Below are positions 26,673 to 39,280 of a stretch of DNA of 64,000 nucleotides, piece by piece (the stretch's first letter is position 1; every line of letters starts with the position of its first letter). This DNA is from Octopus bimaculoides (lineage: Eukaryota). Location of the stretch: positions 1,893,802-1,957,801 of the forward strand of contig NC_068998.1 of NCBI RefSeq assembly GCF_001194135.2, read 5' to 3'. The notes under the pieces were generated by a model. It was not told the origin of the DNA, did not search any database, and was given only the letters and a program-made list of their open reading frames with translations. Position numbers and translations under genes: made by a program.

Positions 26673-26866
26673 CTTTCCAGAACTACGGGTGGTGTAAACT
26701 CAAACTTGACCATATCTTTAGGCAGTGGGCTCATACCCCAGAAGATTGTCTCTCCCAAGTAGGCTTTCTGTAATGTGAACTGTTGGTAGGTTTTAAGTGT
26801 GGTACTGACCACTGCATGTGGGTTGATATGGGCACGATAGAGACCTTCCTTACCAAAATATTTGTC
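26673..26866 (-). CDS. MGAT4B: MGAT4 exon 11 (start of C-terminal lectin domain)
   Basis: Acceptor cttatttccag|, donor AG|gtaagt; DKYFGKEGLYRAHINPHAVVSTTLKTYQQFTLQKAYLGETIFWGMSPLPKDMVKFEFTPPVVLE. Confidence 0.93.
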
Positions 26867-27512
26867 CTGGAAATAAGACACACAGTAGACCTTTCAGTTA
26901 CAAGATCCTCACAGAAAACTACAACTACTACTACTAAAAATATCCATAAATTGCTCCCTCCCCCCACTTCAGATTCACAACCTCTTGAACCCCGCCCTTC
27001 TCATTTCCCCCTCCACTGACCATCCCCCTGCAACTCCCACCTCTTTCCTTTAATGACTCCAAGGACTCTTCTCCACCCTAGTCTATTTCTCCCTTTTTCA
27101 TCCCTTCCCCTCACATCTTCAGTCCATGCTCACCACATATAATGCTAGAGCCCTACACACCCGTCCCCACTTTATACAACTCCTCCTCTCACATTTCCAA
27201 CTACCTCCCGCAACTTTTTTTTTTTCAACACTGGCAATAATCACTTCCCTTTTCCTTGTTTGCATCCACCCCCATTATACTCCTCCACCTTCTCCCCTTA
27301 CCATCGATCAATCCCTACGACCACCTAAAATTATCATCTGCCCTTCTGTTCTTCCTCAGTCATAGGGTCCACTTTAGGCCCTTAGGCTTGTATGTATGCT
27401 ACAAGGCAATTTACACAAGTGCGGCTGTCACAACTTGTCAGACCCTTTCAAATCTTCTGACCCATGCCAGCATGGAGCATGGACATTAAATGACAATTAG
27501 GGTCTTAGGCGA

Positions 27513-27631
<119 letters not shown>

Positions 27632-27931
27632 GGTGTTTCTTCTAGATGACAATCAGCTCTACTAGATATAACAGCTAAATATCCCTCCAATGACTGGTCT
27701 TAAAATTAGAAAACTTCGAAAATCTCCAGCTTACCGTTCGTTACATAAAAATGTTCAACATTATCACCACAACTACCTCCACCAACACCACAACCCCAAA
27801 CCACCGCTAGCCCTACCAGCATTAATGCTGCCACCCCAGAACACCCAGGAGATCCCTGTATTATGTTAGCAGTACCCTACAATACTCCCTTCATCTCAAT
27901 ATGTTACCACCATCGTGCTGTGATTACTCAC

Positions 27932-28039
27932 TTGTAACTTCTGAATTTTACCCTTCAAAGATGACTGAATTCCAATATGTTGAAAGAGAGATGGTTTGTA
28001 TCTTCTACGCACTTCTTCCTTCATCCGAGTACAATGTTT
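27932..28039 (-). CDS. MGAT4B: MGAT4 exon 10 (exon 9 missing from assembly)
   Basis: Acceptor acatttcag|, donor CAA|gtgagt; [36 protein letters not shown]. Confidence 0.95.
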
Positions 28040-28228
28040 CTGAAATGTAAACATACACACATTAATACATCCACATAAATATACATACATATATACATGC
28101 ATATACACATGCATGTGCCTACATATATATATATAATACTTATATACACACAATATATTCATATTCTCAAACCCACACAAATTACATACACATAATACAT
28201 ACTACACATAGCCTACTTACATTACACT

Positions 28229-28268
<40 letters not shown>

Positions 28269-29519
28269 GTATACAACTACAAAAATAGAAAAAGAAGAAA
28301 ATGGTTTTCAGAAAGTTTTCAACAATGAATATTCTCATCTGTGAGATCAACGACCAACTCATTGTATAGAATCAGATGACAATTCCACAGACACTTTGTA
28401 CCCTGAATATAATTCCCAGGCAGAATTGGTAGCCTGACGCTGTGTGACAAGTAAAGGTTCCCTCCATGTCATTTTAGTCTCCATCGAACCAGGTTTGGGT
28501 TAAGCTGAGATTATTACTAAATGACACTTGTCCAAGATGCCAAATGGTACAGAACCAGGGAACTCCTGAGGTTCTGGGTTCAATCCTACTGCACCTTGGA
28601 CAAGTGTCTTCTCCCATAGCCTCAGACCAACCAAAACCATCTGAATGAATTTGGTAGAAGGAAACTAAAAGAAGCCCATCCTCTGTGTGCGTGAGTTTGC
28701 CCATCCCCATCATGACCACTTGACACCAAGTGTTGGTGTGTTTACATCCCTGCAATTTAACAGTTCAACAAAAGTGACTGAAAGAATAAGTACCAGGCTT
28801 TACAAAAATAAATACTGGGGTCGATTTCTTCAACTAAAATTCTTCAAGGCAATGCCCCAGCATGGCCACAGCTTAATGACTGAAACAAGAAAATGATGCA
28901 TATGTGTGTGTGTGTGCGTGTGTTGTGAAAGTCGACTCATGACTGAGTAAGGCCACTTCATAAACACAATAAGTCCGTGCTAAGGTTCTGAATCTGCAAA
29001 AAGTTTCTCTGCAATGAATTTGTTTAGAGTGACTAAAATATTGCACAGCACGTGCAACCCACTTTCCAATGCCACCAGCTCAAAAACCAGGGGCACCACA
29101 GATGTCGAGACAAACAGAAACCAAAACAGCACTTTTAAGGTTGAAGCGGTGGGGTTAGTTTACTTTCTGCTAAGAAGGAAAGTTCTAATAAGAACTCTGT
29201 GGTTTTGCCACTCAATGGTTTATATGCTAATTAAACCGTTGTTAAGATGCTAACAGGTGCTTCTACTCCAGGTCAGAGTAGATTTGAGAACAAGAGAAGC
29301 TAAGAGTCACATTTACACTCCTCAAACACCTGGAAATCCAGTACCAGGACCACCACCCCCAACTGTCAAATGCAGTTTATTAATAATAAAAAAAATCATA
29401 TGAATTTAATCAACTGATACACTCATGATTTGAGTTTTAATTTTACTTTTTGCATCATCAAACCTACACATATATGTGTGTGTGTGTGTTTATGTATATA
29501 TATATATATATATATATGA

Positions 29520-29581
<62 letters not shown>

Positions 29582-31854
29582 NNNNNNNNNNNNNNNNNNN
29601 NNNNNNNNNNNNNNNNNNNNNNNNNNNNNNNNNNNNNNNNNNNNNNNNNNNNNNNNNNNNNNNNNNNNNNNNNNNNNNNNNNNNNNNNNNNNNNNNNNNN
29701 NNNNNNNNNNNNNNNNNNNNNNNNNNNNNNNNNNNNNNNNNNNNNNNNNNNNNNNNNNNNNNNNNNNNNNNNNNNNNNNNNNNNNNNNNNNNNNNNNNNN
29801 NNNNNNNNNNNNNNNNNNNNNNNNNNNNNNNNNNNNNNNNNNNNNNNNNNNNNNNNNNNNNNNNNNNNNNNNNNNNNNNNNNNNNNNNNNNNNNNNNNNN
29901 NNNNNNNNNNNNNNNNNNNNNTATATATATATATATATATATATGAATGTATATATATATATATATGAATGTATATATATATATATATATAGATATATGC
30001 ACACACACACTCAAAACACACAATTACACTATGTGAAGATGTGTGAAAGAGAACAAGAGAGTATGTGCATGCGTGCATATGCATGTGTGTGTGTGCATGC
30101 ATGCACACAAGTGTACACTGGTCTCAAGAAGAATATAAAACAGCTTTCACGTGTGTGTGTGTGAGTGAACTGTGATATCTCACTGTGATATGTCCCACCC
30201 ACTCTTTATAGACAGACAACAGTTTCTTCTCATATTGGGTTACATCAAAATATAATGTAGCTTAAAGGAGTGTAGACTAGAGGATGCCCCAACCCATGGT
30301 TTCACTATCAAACATTGCCACCCAGTCTCTTGTTTCAAGGACATACTTAAACAGAACCACCGAAAGCAAACATGAAGGAATCTGACACATTTCAAGCCAC
30401 CCCAACTCTTTGTCATTCTTTGATAAAGTTTATCAGGAAAGGAAGAAGAAAAAGAAGAGATTGGCCTTTGTTATTGGTAGGCCTGTCTCTCAGACTGTGG
30501 GAGAGATTTATGCAGTTACGCTTTACCCAGAAGATTTGAAGAAAAAGACAAAGGCCCTGATCAGAAGAAACTCACACCAAAAGTCATTTAAGGACCAAGT
30601 GGCAGCAGTTGTGGTGTGTCAGGCCTACAAATCATTCATTAAAACTAAAGACAACATTTGTTCTTCTCCAGTCAGTTGTGAGTCAGAGGATGGACACAAT
30701 GTAACTCAAGGTAATTACTGTGAAAGTTCCATTTGGCTACCCAGCTTCTGGCTACCCACTTTCCACCACAGAACTGAGTTAATAGGGTTTATATATCCCT
30801 GATTTGACTGTCCAGTTTCCACTAAAAGCCCAAGTTCTTCCTTCTTCCTTTCCAACTACTTTTTTCTTTCTTTTATATTTTCCCCTTTCTCAAAACATAA
30901 AATTTATTTTCTTTTAAAGCAATAAATTAATGACATTTGTTAAAACTTGTCCCTATTATGTTGTCTACTTTTTTCTTTATCTCATTGCCTAATATTTCTT
31001 AACAGATGTGGATCAGAGACGGAATATGTCTGCAACGATTAGATTTGCTAAAGTAACAGTATTGAATTAAAATTTTTTTTTAAATTTTAATTGAAAGAAA
31101 CCAAACACAATTACAAAAATTTCCCATGCGAAGAACAATGAATGAGAGAAAGGAAGACAGTGTCTGGGCATGTTGAATGTGTTCTCTATAACAAAGTGTG
31201 AGTGTGAGTGAGTGCATGAGTGTGAGTGAGTGCATGAGTGTGAGTGAGTGCGTGTGAGTGAGTGCCAGTAGTAACAACTATACACACACACATACAAGAT
31301 GCAAGCATAGCTGTGTGGTAAGAAATCTGTTTTCCAATCACATAGTCTCAGGTTCAGCCCCACGGTGCAGCACCTTAGGCAAGTGTCTTCTGCTATAGCC
31401 CTGAGCTAATCAAAGCCTTGTGAGTGGATTTGATAGATGGAAGCTAAAAACATCCCTCCTGTATATATATATATATATGTAAGTATGTTTGTTTGTTTGT
31501 TTGTGAACATATGTGTGTTACTGTCTCCTCGACTCCATGTAATAATTATAAACGAGTTAAGTTTGGTTTAAAAGGGAAGCAGTTTTGCCCTGTTAAAAAT
31601 GGATAAATGTTATTCAAGAGACAGACATAAATTATCCTAAAACAAATAACTATATTGATGGTATTTAAATGTCAATTACAAAAACTATGCATGCAAAATA
31701 TTATGTCTCCATGGGGTGCCCCCCTTCAGGCCTCCTCCTCTTACTTTTTGCCAAAGTGAACTAGAAAACTAGAATGATACTTAACAACACTTAAGGCTAC
31801 TCCAGGATGTATGCGTGTACGTGTGGGTATTTATGTCTTTTTATTGTTTATTTT

Positions 31855-32231
31855 TTACTTGTTTCAGCCACTGACTGACCATGCTGGGGCACTGCCTTGA
31901 AGTTTTAGGCAAATAAATTGACTCCAGTAATTTTTATTTTAAAGCCTGCCACTTATTCTATCAGTCTCCTTTGCCAAACTGCTAATTTATGGGGATGTAA
32001 ACACACCAACACCAGTTGTCAAGTGGTGGTAGGGGACAAATACCAACACACACACACGCCCACATATATCATGCTTCTTTCAGTTTCCATCTGTCACATC
32101 CATTCACAAGGCTTTGGCCAGATTGAGGCTATGGTAGGAGGAGACACTTGCCCAAGGTGCTACACCGTGGGACTGAACCAGGAACCAGGTGGTTGGGAAG
32201 TAAACTTCTTATCACACAGTTATACCTGTAC
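31855..32231 (-). mobile_element. SINE family A, near full-length
   Basis: Head, CORE, (CA)n and the tail ending gtttcagccactgactgaccatgctggggcac are all present; >15 copies in the window. Confidence 0.85.
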
Positions 32232-32367
32232 CTATATATATAGTTTAACAGGAAATTTGCATTGTCATACCTGCATTTTTCTCCTGTTTTGAGGTTGCTG
32301 GGTAATAAAACCATAAAAGAGAAAATATAGACAGAGAAGAGAGAAGAAGGAGAGAAGAGAAAGAAAA

Positions 32368-32537
32368 GACAAAGAAAGAAAGAAGACAAAGAAAGAAAGA
32401 AGACAAAGAAAGAAAGAAGACAAAGAAAGAAAGACAAAGAAAGAAAGAAGACAAAGAAAGAAAGAAGACAAAGAAAGAAAGAAGACAAAGAAAGAAAGAA
32501 GACAAAGAAAGAAAGACAAAGAAAGAAAGACAAAGAG
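32368..32537 (+). repeat. Purine-rich minisatellite (gacaaagaaagaaagaa / gacaaagaaagaaa units)
   Basis: About 10 units of 14-17 bp; explains the F/L/S-rich spurious ORFs on the minus strand. Confidence 0.9.
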
Positions 32538-33054
32538 AGAAGAAAAAAAAGACTAGTTTTGAATTTCAACTGAAAGTCAGTATTTTAGANNNNNNNNNNN
32601 NNNNNNNNNNNNNNNNNNNNNNNNNNNNNNNNNNNNNNNNNNNNNNNNNNNNNNNNNNNNNNNNNNNNNNNNNNNNNNNNNNNNNNNNNNNNNNNNNNNN
32701 NNNNNNNNNNNNNNNNNNNNNNNNNNNNNNNNNNNNNNNNNNNNNNNNNNNNNNNNNNNNNNNNNNNNNNNNNNNNNNNNNNNNNNNNNNNNNNNNNNNN
32801 NNNNNNNNNNNNNNNNNNNNNNNNNNNNNNNNNNNNNNNNNNNNNNNNNNNNNNNNNNNNNNNNNNNNNNNNNNNNNNNNNNNNNNNNNNNNNNNNNNNN
32901 NNNNNNNNNNNNNNNNNNNNNNNNNNNNNNNNNNNNNNNNNNNNNNNNNNNNNNNNNNNNNNNNNNNNNNNNNNNNNNNNNNNNNNNNNNNNNNNNNNNN
33001 NNNNNNNNNNNNNNNNNNNNNNNNNNNNNNNNNNNNNNNNNNNNNNNNNNNNNN

Positions 33055-33108
<54 letters not shown>

Positions 33109-33201
33109 TGCTGTTGAAAGAGAAAGAAAAAAGAATGGAGACAGATGAGAAAAAAAGAGAAGTGGAAAAAAAAGAAGAAAATGAAGAAAGCCCCGGCTTA
33201 C

Positions 33202-33316
33202 CAATGAATCCCAATGTGGAGAATTCCAGAACAAACCATTCCACATACTTTTGTTGTTGGGTGAATGTTTTCATTATTGAAAAATAACCTGGTTTTGATA
33301 TCACATCGTCTTCAAG
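33202..33316 (-). CDS. MGAT4B: MGAT4 exon 8 (catalytic EDD motif)
   Basis: Acceptor ctctcttcag|, donor TTG|gtaagc; LEDDVISKPGYFSIMKTFTQQQKYVEWFVLEFSTLGFI. Confidence 0.95.
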
Positions 33317-33619
33317 CTGAAGAGAGAAGGTGGTTTGAGAGATGAGGAAGAGAAGGAGGCCCTAGATGTTACTGATTATTGGTGGAGAAAGGGGCTAGAA
33401 TAAGGACCACAACGTGAGGGGAGGGAGGAGGAGGTATTACAGACTGAAAAATTTATTGTTATATTCAACATCTGTTTATCATAAGTATGAAACACATTCA
33501 TCATCAACATCATCATCAACAACATAATTAGAAAAGGTTTCCTTTCCACATTTGGAGAGGGCCACATAAACTATTTTTCTATGTGTATATGCCAAATATT
33601 CACTGTATCTTTTATCTCT

Positions 33620-33990
33620 TGCTTATTTCAGTTATTAGCCTTTGGCCATGCTGGGGCACTGCCTTGCAGAATTTTTTATCGTTTTATTTTATTTTATTTA
33701 TTTTTTTTTTGAAACCTGGTATTCTGTTGGTATCTTTGGTTGAACTGCTAAGTAACAGAGAATGTAAACCAACACGAGCTGTCAAACAGTGGTGTGAGAC
33801 AAACACATACACACACATATGTATGTACATATACACAACAGGCTTCTTTCAGTTTCCATCTGCCAAATCCACTAACAAGGCTTTGATTGGCCAGAGTTTA
33901 TAGTAAAAGACACTTGTCCAAGGTGTCAAGCAGTGGGACTGAACCTGGAACCATGTGGTTGGGAGGCAAGCTTCTTAACAACAGACACAA
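33620..33990 (-). mobile_element. SINE family A, near full-length
   Basis: Collinear with 31855-32231 and 61887-62218. Confidence 0.85.
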
Positions 33991-34062
33991 CTTAGCCATA
34001 TTAATAGTAAAAACAAATGAAAACAACAAAAAAACACAGAAGAAATACATAACCAAACCTAC

Positions 34063-34138
34063 CTGTGCATAAAAAACACCTTTACTTTTAGCGTAGAGCA
34101 TGAGGAAGGAGAAATCTAAGTTTTGTTTTGTTCTCCAT
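34063..34138 (-). CDS. MGAT4B: MGAT4 exon 7
   Basis: Acceptor gacttccag|, donor CAG|gtaggt; [26 protein letters not shown]. Confidence 0.95.
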
Positions 34139-34353
34139 CTGGAAGTCAAAGAAAATTATTCCTGTTACCAAAATTTATTCATTGGAAAAAAAAAGAAAAA
34201 AAAAAGAAACATGCAGCAAATGAAACAACATTTTGGATGTTGTGATGGTGGTTGGGAAAAGGTGTCTCATAATAATTCTGATTTTAAATTAAGAGAGAAA
34301 GAAGAAACAAATATGTTGATGCAAGCCATGTTTCGTATGTGAGAGACACGTAC

Positions 34354-34467
34354 CGAACTCTGTCTTGGGAATCTCCAAGTGTTCTCTTTAAATTGTCTAA
34401 ATTTGGGTAAAATTCAGGTGGAGAACTGATCACTTCCAAAAGACCACTGTCCACACTTGAGTGGAAC
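34354..34467 (-). CDS. MGAT4B: MGAT4 exon 6 (not in the ORF track)
   Basis: Acceptor ttctttcttag|, donor CG|gtacgt; FHSSVDSGLLEVISSPPEFYPNLDNLKRTLGDSQDRV. Confidence 0.95.
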
Positions 34468-34503
34468 CTAAGAAAGAAAAAAGAAACTTAATGAGTTCAA
34501 TGA

Positions 34504-35030
34504 TAGACAAGATGAGTTCAAAACATACATGATCTTTGGACAAAAAAACCCCCAACAATTTTGTTCATTTCACAAATTTTATTTAATCACCTTCAAAATA
34601 CTCCCTTTGAGAATTCACACACTTCTCCCAGTGTTTCTGTCACTGCTAGTAACACCTCTGAAATGCTCATTCCAGAATTCTATGGAGCTTCACCATTGTT
34701 TTTCTGAATTTCCTCTCATGACTCAAATTGGCTTCCCTTTCAGCATGGTTTTCAGTTTGAGGAAGAGCCAGAAGTCACATGAGGCCATTTCTTTGATTAA
34801 CTCTCTACTCTCCTGTAGGAGAGTAGAGAGTTAATCAAAGAAATGGTGTGTTGTTCTTGACCAGGAAAGCTTGGATTATGTGGGCAGAATGTGTGGATGA
34901 ACTATCACGGTAAAGTTACCAATTCTTTGCCACCCACTTTTGACACAGCATCACGAAAGCAACGTGCAACATCCAGATAGTATTCCTTATTGACCGTTTG
35001 GCCTTGTGATGCATATTCACTTTTTGATTT
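34504..35030 (-). mobile_element. Mariner-type (DD34D family) transposase fossil, 3' half with TIR
   Basis: Minus strand: EYASQGQTVNKEYYLDV..., IIQAFLVKNNTP, ASCDFWLF.KLK.MLKGK, WEKCVNSQREYFEGD* (with frameshifts), then a TA-flanked TIR-like end (tagacaagatgagttcaaaac on +). Confidence 0.85.
34785..34846. repeat. 62-bp hairpin, perfect 30-bp arms, 2-nt centre
   Basis: ccatttctttgattaactctctactctcct-gt-aggagagtagagagttaatcaaagaaatgg. Confidence 0.97.
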
Positions 35031-35031
35031 T

Positions 35032-35367
35032 CTCACCCCCATTAAAAAATTCAGCACTTTTGGTTATCTCCCTCAATTAAAAAAATTGTTTAACCTTCAA
35101 TAAAACAAAAAAAGCTGAAAAAATTAATAACTATGAAAACTGAAAAAATTAAAGATCTTCCTGAATCTGATAAGATTTTTATAACAAATCCTACCATTCC
35201 TATTGAGGAGGCCAAATGTCAACAATGAGTTGAAGTATTGAATCAAAAGGATCAAACTCTTATCTAATCTCTTGTCACATAAAATTGATTGGTTTTTTTT
35301 TTGGGGGGGGGGGGTTGTGGAGAGATAACCCAGTTTTTTTAATAGCAAATTTTTTAATGGGGGTGAG
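35032..35367. mobile_element. MITE-like element with perfect 20-bp terminal inverted repeats
   Basis: ctcacccccattaaaaaatt (35032-35051) and aattttttaatgggggtgag (35348-35367), plus an inner ggttatctc/gagataacc pair; no clear TSD. Confidence 0.7.
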
Positions 35368-36041
35368 GTAACCAAAAAGTACCAAATTTAGAGGGGGCAA
35401 TAAGACAGCCATTCTCATGTACCATCCCACTAGAGTCTTTCTTCAGCGGCACCTCAATAACATAGAGGGGTGTTATAGGATGACCCCCAGTGCAAAAGTA
35501 GTTCCAATGGATCAATCCTCAACTGTTATTTCTTTAAGGTGACATGGGGACAAAACAAATCTTCCTCTGTACAAGACACTGTTCTATCACCAGTAAATTC
35601 CAAAGATGTTCTGGTACCTATTTCTAATAGAAACAGAACAAAAAGTTCTGCCTAGGGACACAAAAACAACCATTATAGATTTAGACACATAATTCACAAG
35701 CTTGTAGAACATTATCTTAACCATATGGCCATCATGTCTCTCCAATGCAGAGGTGATCCAAAAAATAATAAAAAAATAACCCAAATTTCAAAAACCTCGA
35801 CAACTAGAGGAAGAGAACTAGAGAAAGGTCAGACTCAGGTGATTGTAGAGATGACCTACAGAAGGGCCAGAAACTGCTGAGAATATAGGTGACTTATAGA
35901 AGTGCCAGGATAAAGGGAGTGCAGGGGCCTGCATAGTAATGATTATCTACTCCATGTAGGACATTACTAAAAGGGGTCAGGGAGTGGCCCCTGTCTAGTT
36001 ACTCTCTCTCTCTCTCACACACAATGACAACAACTACTTAC

Positions 36042-36091
36042 TCTTTGTAAATTTGATCTCCAACTTCTTTGACATATTGTAGGTTCCATGG
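36042..36091 (-). CDS. MGAT4B: MGAT4 exon 5 (50-bp exon)
   Basis: Acceptor ctctctttgcag|, donor GA|gtaagt; PWNLQYVKEVGDQIYKE; phases 0/2 bridge exons 4 and 6 exactly. Confidence 0.85.
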
Positions 36092-36434
36092 CTGCAAAGA
36101 GAGAAAAGAAGATACTATAAATGGCTGACGATGGGGAGGAGGAGGAGGTAAAGGGAGAAATATAAGAATGAGGTAAAGGAAAAGGAGCAGGAAAACAAAA
36201 AGGTAGAGAAAAATGAACAAAGAAAGGAGAAGGTAGGAGGGAAAAGAAGAGTGGGTAGAAGCAGAGTAGAAAAGATTGGTGGAGAAAGAGGAGGTGATAG
36301 AAAGAGGGGAGGAAGGAGGAGAAACAGTGTATTGTTTTTTTTTTTTAAGAAAAAGAATGATTTGAGGGATAATTTCAAGCAGATTGAACTCAGTCTTCGT
36401 TCACAACTGGTAGAAATGAGAGCACCAGACCTAA

Positions 36435-36646
36435 GCAACCACAGCAGCATTTGAACCATATCCAGGACATGTTTTATGCTCAAACCGACCAGATCTGACC
36501 TCTTACACCTATCCTACAATATCATTCGAAAAAAACATAAACAGTCACACGAAAATCTCAAAACTATGAAGTAATGCAATAATTCAAAGTAATGTGAATA
36601 AGTAAGAATTACATTTGACGAAGTAATCTGAATAGTAACGAGTTAA
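36435..36646. mobile_element. TTAA-bounded MITE, diverged copy
   Basis: Body collinear with 39889-40097 (aaatctcaaaacta, ttacatttgac..agtaatctgaat..ttaa). Confidence 0.6.
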
Positions 36647-36896
36647 GTTAGCAGTAATTTCCAGAAATACATCAACAGAAACCAATAGAAATATGATTCT
36701 TAACACTCAGATATAACCATTGACACACCATCTCTTTATTCAGTGAATATTTAGCAAATGGCATTTAATTTTGTCCATGGAACGTGTTTGTTTCATCCTC
36801 ATTATTGCTTTCTTCATCGTCATCCCCATCTATGCCACCAGCTTCATATTTCTCACCATACCATCAGTTAGTAGATTACTATGAAAGAGACTAATG

Positions 36897-37155
36897 CAGT
36901 TGTTCCTAACCCTTTTTTTTTTTTGTATTTTTTTACCCCAGAAACCTTTTGATTTTTATTTTACTCAGATGGACCCTCGTAGCCATTCAATGTTTTAAAA
37001 AATCCCCTTATGTTTTTATAATTAAATATTATTAGGACTTGCAGAAAAAAAATTTGTCAAAATATTTTGTGTATTGTGGAAGTATAACCAGTTTATTGTA
37101 GATAAATTTTACATGGACCCCAAAGGGCCATACGAACCCTGGATGAGGGCTACTA
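36897..37155. mobile_element. Probable hAT-type MITE
   Basis: Left end cagttgttcctaacc resembles CAGTGGTTCCCAACC; subterminal atggaccc motifs at both ends; right TIR decayed. Confidence 0.4.
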
Positions 37156-37588
37156 ACAGCATTTAAAACATTCATACTTTCCACTAAGACCGAAAAAAGA
37201 AAACACCAAAAAAATGAGAGAAAAGAAACCACCCACCACAAAAACAAAACAAAAAAACTCATCAACACCATGATCATGAGAAATAAAAAGCAATAAAGCA
37301 GCCAGCACAATTAATAAACAGTTGATAATTATATCAATATGGATCAATGAAATCATAGCAGTTTTCACAAGAGTAGACAGGTAAAGAATATAAACAGAAC
37401 AAATTGTATTTTATTTGTTCTGGAGACACTTTAACTGTTAAAAAAACAATCCTCGACAATGCAACGGAAGAGAGAACAAAAATAAGACAAACATTTGGTT
37501 TCTAGGTTTCAACAAATATATGTGTATATGCATGTATGTATGTATGTATGTATGTATGTATATATATATATATAATCTCATTTCTTCA

Positions 37589-37633
<45 letters not shown>

Positions 37634-38461
37634 CATATGCACACACACATATATAAGAAATGAGATCAAAGAGTAGAGGAACCTTTCATGTTGTGACATG
37701 TAAAATCAATGTTGAAGACTATGGAATGGCGATGATCAAGACGGCGAAATGAATGGCAACAAGGCACGCTAAGTTACACCTCAATTCGTGAACAAGAGTC
37801 ACAAAAGCAACAACACCAGCAATAAAATACATGGATCAATCACAATGTAAGGCTACAAGCTAGTTAAAAGCAAAATATGATTTTAAACTTCATAATTATG
37901 AAACAGATGGTGGTCTTTTTATATCAGAAAATTCATCAGCTTACAGCTGTTACTAGAAAACAGTTGACAGAATTTTAATAAGACAACATTTTTGTGCCTG
38001 AATGGATAGGAACTGACAAACAAACAATTATTCTCTCCATTATTATTACCATTTGTCCTTCCTAATTTTGGGTTGTTTTTTTCCCTTCCTTTATTTGTTT
38101 TTCTAAATCACCTTCAACACAAACCTGTGCCCCACCTCAGGTAGTTACATTACACACCATGCATGACCAAAACAAATCAGTGAGCAAACTATCATATTAC
38201 AATGACCACCATATATTTTTAAACAAAAAAACAAAAAAAATCATCATTTGACCTACGACCTACTAAAAATAGCAGCCAAATTCTTTCAAAAATCACACCC
38301 TACCATTAATGAATTAATGAAAAGAGACACGTAGTCCTAGATATAGAAAAAAATGGGAAGGTCACAGTTGGAACATCATTGACCACAGGATGTGCTTATT
38401 CAAGGCTGAACTGGGAGTCAAACAACAACAACAACAACAACAGCAGCAGCATTAATCATAC

Positions 38462-38595
38462 CTCAGCTACGAACACAATAATTAGACAGTCCTCTCTTTC
38501 TTCTTCGTTAAGTCCATCAATCAGTGAATGCAACGTTCGACGCAGGTAACTGACTTTGTCTCGCTTTATCGTTGGAATGCCAAACACCATAGAAA
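38462..38595 (-). CDS. MGAT4B: MGAT4 exon 4
   Basis: Acceptor catttcag|, donor GAG|gtatga; VSMVFGIPTIKRDKVSYLRRTLHSLIDGLNEEEREDCLIIVFVAE. Confidence 0.95.
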
Positions 38596-38918
38596 CTGAA
38601 ATGATTCCAAAACAATGCCATAAGTCATTAGAATGGTTAAGAGCTCTGCTGAAAGACAAAAAATTGCTGGATTACTAGTGAACACATGGTCAAGGGATCA
38701 AATACTACTGCTGTAGCTATTTTAATCTTCTGCCTTTGAGCAGGACACACAACTCACTGTTGGCCCCTGTTTGCCTCATTGACAAACGGGGCCTCTATAT
38801 CTGCATCCTGACTGAATGGTGGCAAACATGAAGGAAAATCAATTGGGGGGGGGGGGATTATGATAACTCCAGAATTTATCTTTTACTTGTTTGTCATTGG
38901 ACTACGGCCATGCTGGAG

Positions 38919-39204
38919 TTCTGCCTTGAAGAATTTTTAGTCAACTCAATCAACCCCAGGACTTTTTTTTTAAAGCCTACTACTTTTTCTATAAATCTTT
39001 TTTGTCAAAACGCTAAGTTACAAGGCCATAAACACACCAACACTGGTTGTCAAGTTNNNNNNNNNNTTCTGCCTTGAAGAATTTTTAGTCAACTCAATCA
39101 ACCCCAGGACTTTTTTTTTAAAGCCTACTACTTTTTCTATAAATCTTTTTTGTCAAAACGCTAAGTTACAAGGCCATAAACACACCAACACTGGTTGTCA
39201 AGTT
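38919..39204. other. Probable assembly artefact: exact 138-bp duplication across a 10-N gap
   Basis: 38919-39056 is identical to 39067-39204, with N at 39057-39066. Confidence 0.9.
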
Positions 39205-39229
39205 GTGGGGTAGAGAGGACAAATGCAAA

Positions 39230-39280
<51 letters not shown>

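Noticed and set aside
30410-30802. 130-aa + strand ORF inside an MGAT4 intron
   Set aside because: No recognisable motif, TTG start, and no flanking splice structure; probably decayed repeat DNA.
32265-32320. Candidate MGAT4 exon 9 (…cccag|caacctc…gcag|gtatga on -)
   Set aside because: Too short and no similarity to the expected KPIDWLLDH/VCNPEK peptide.
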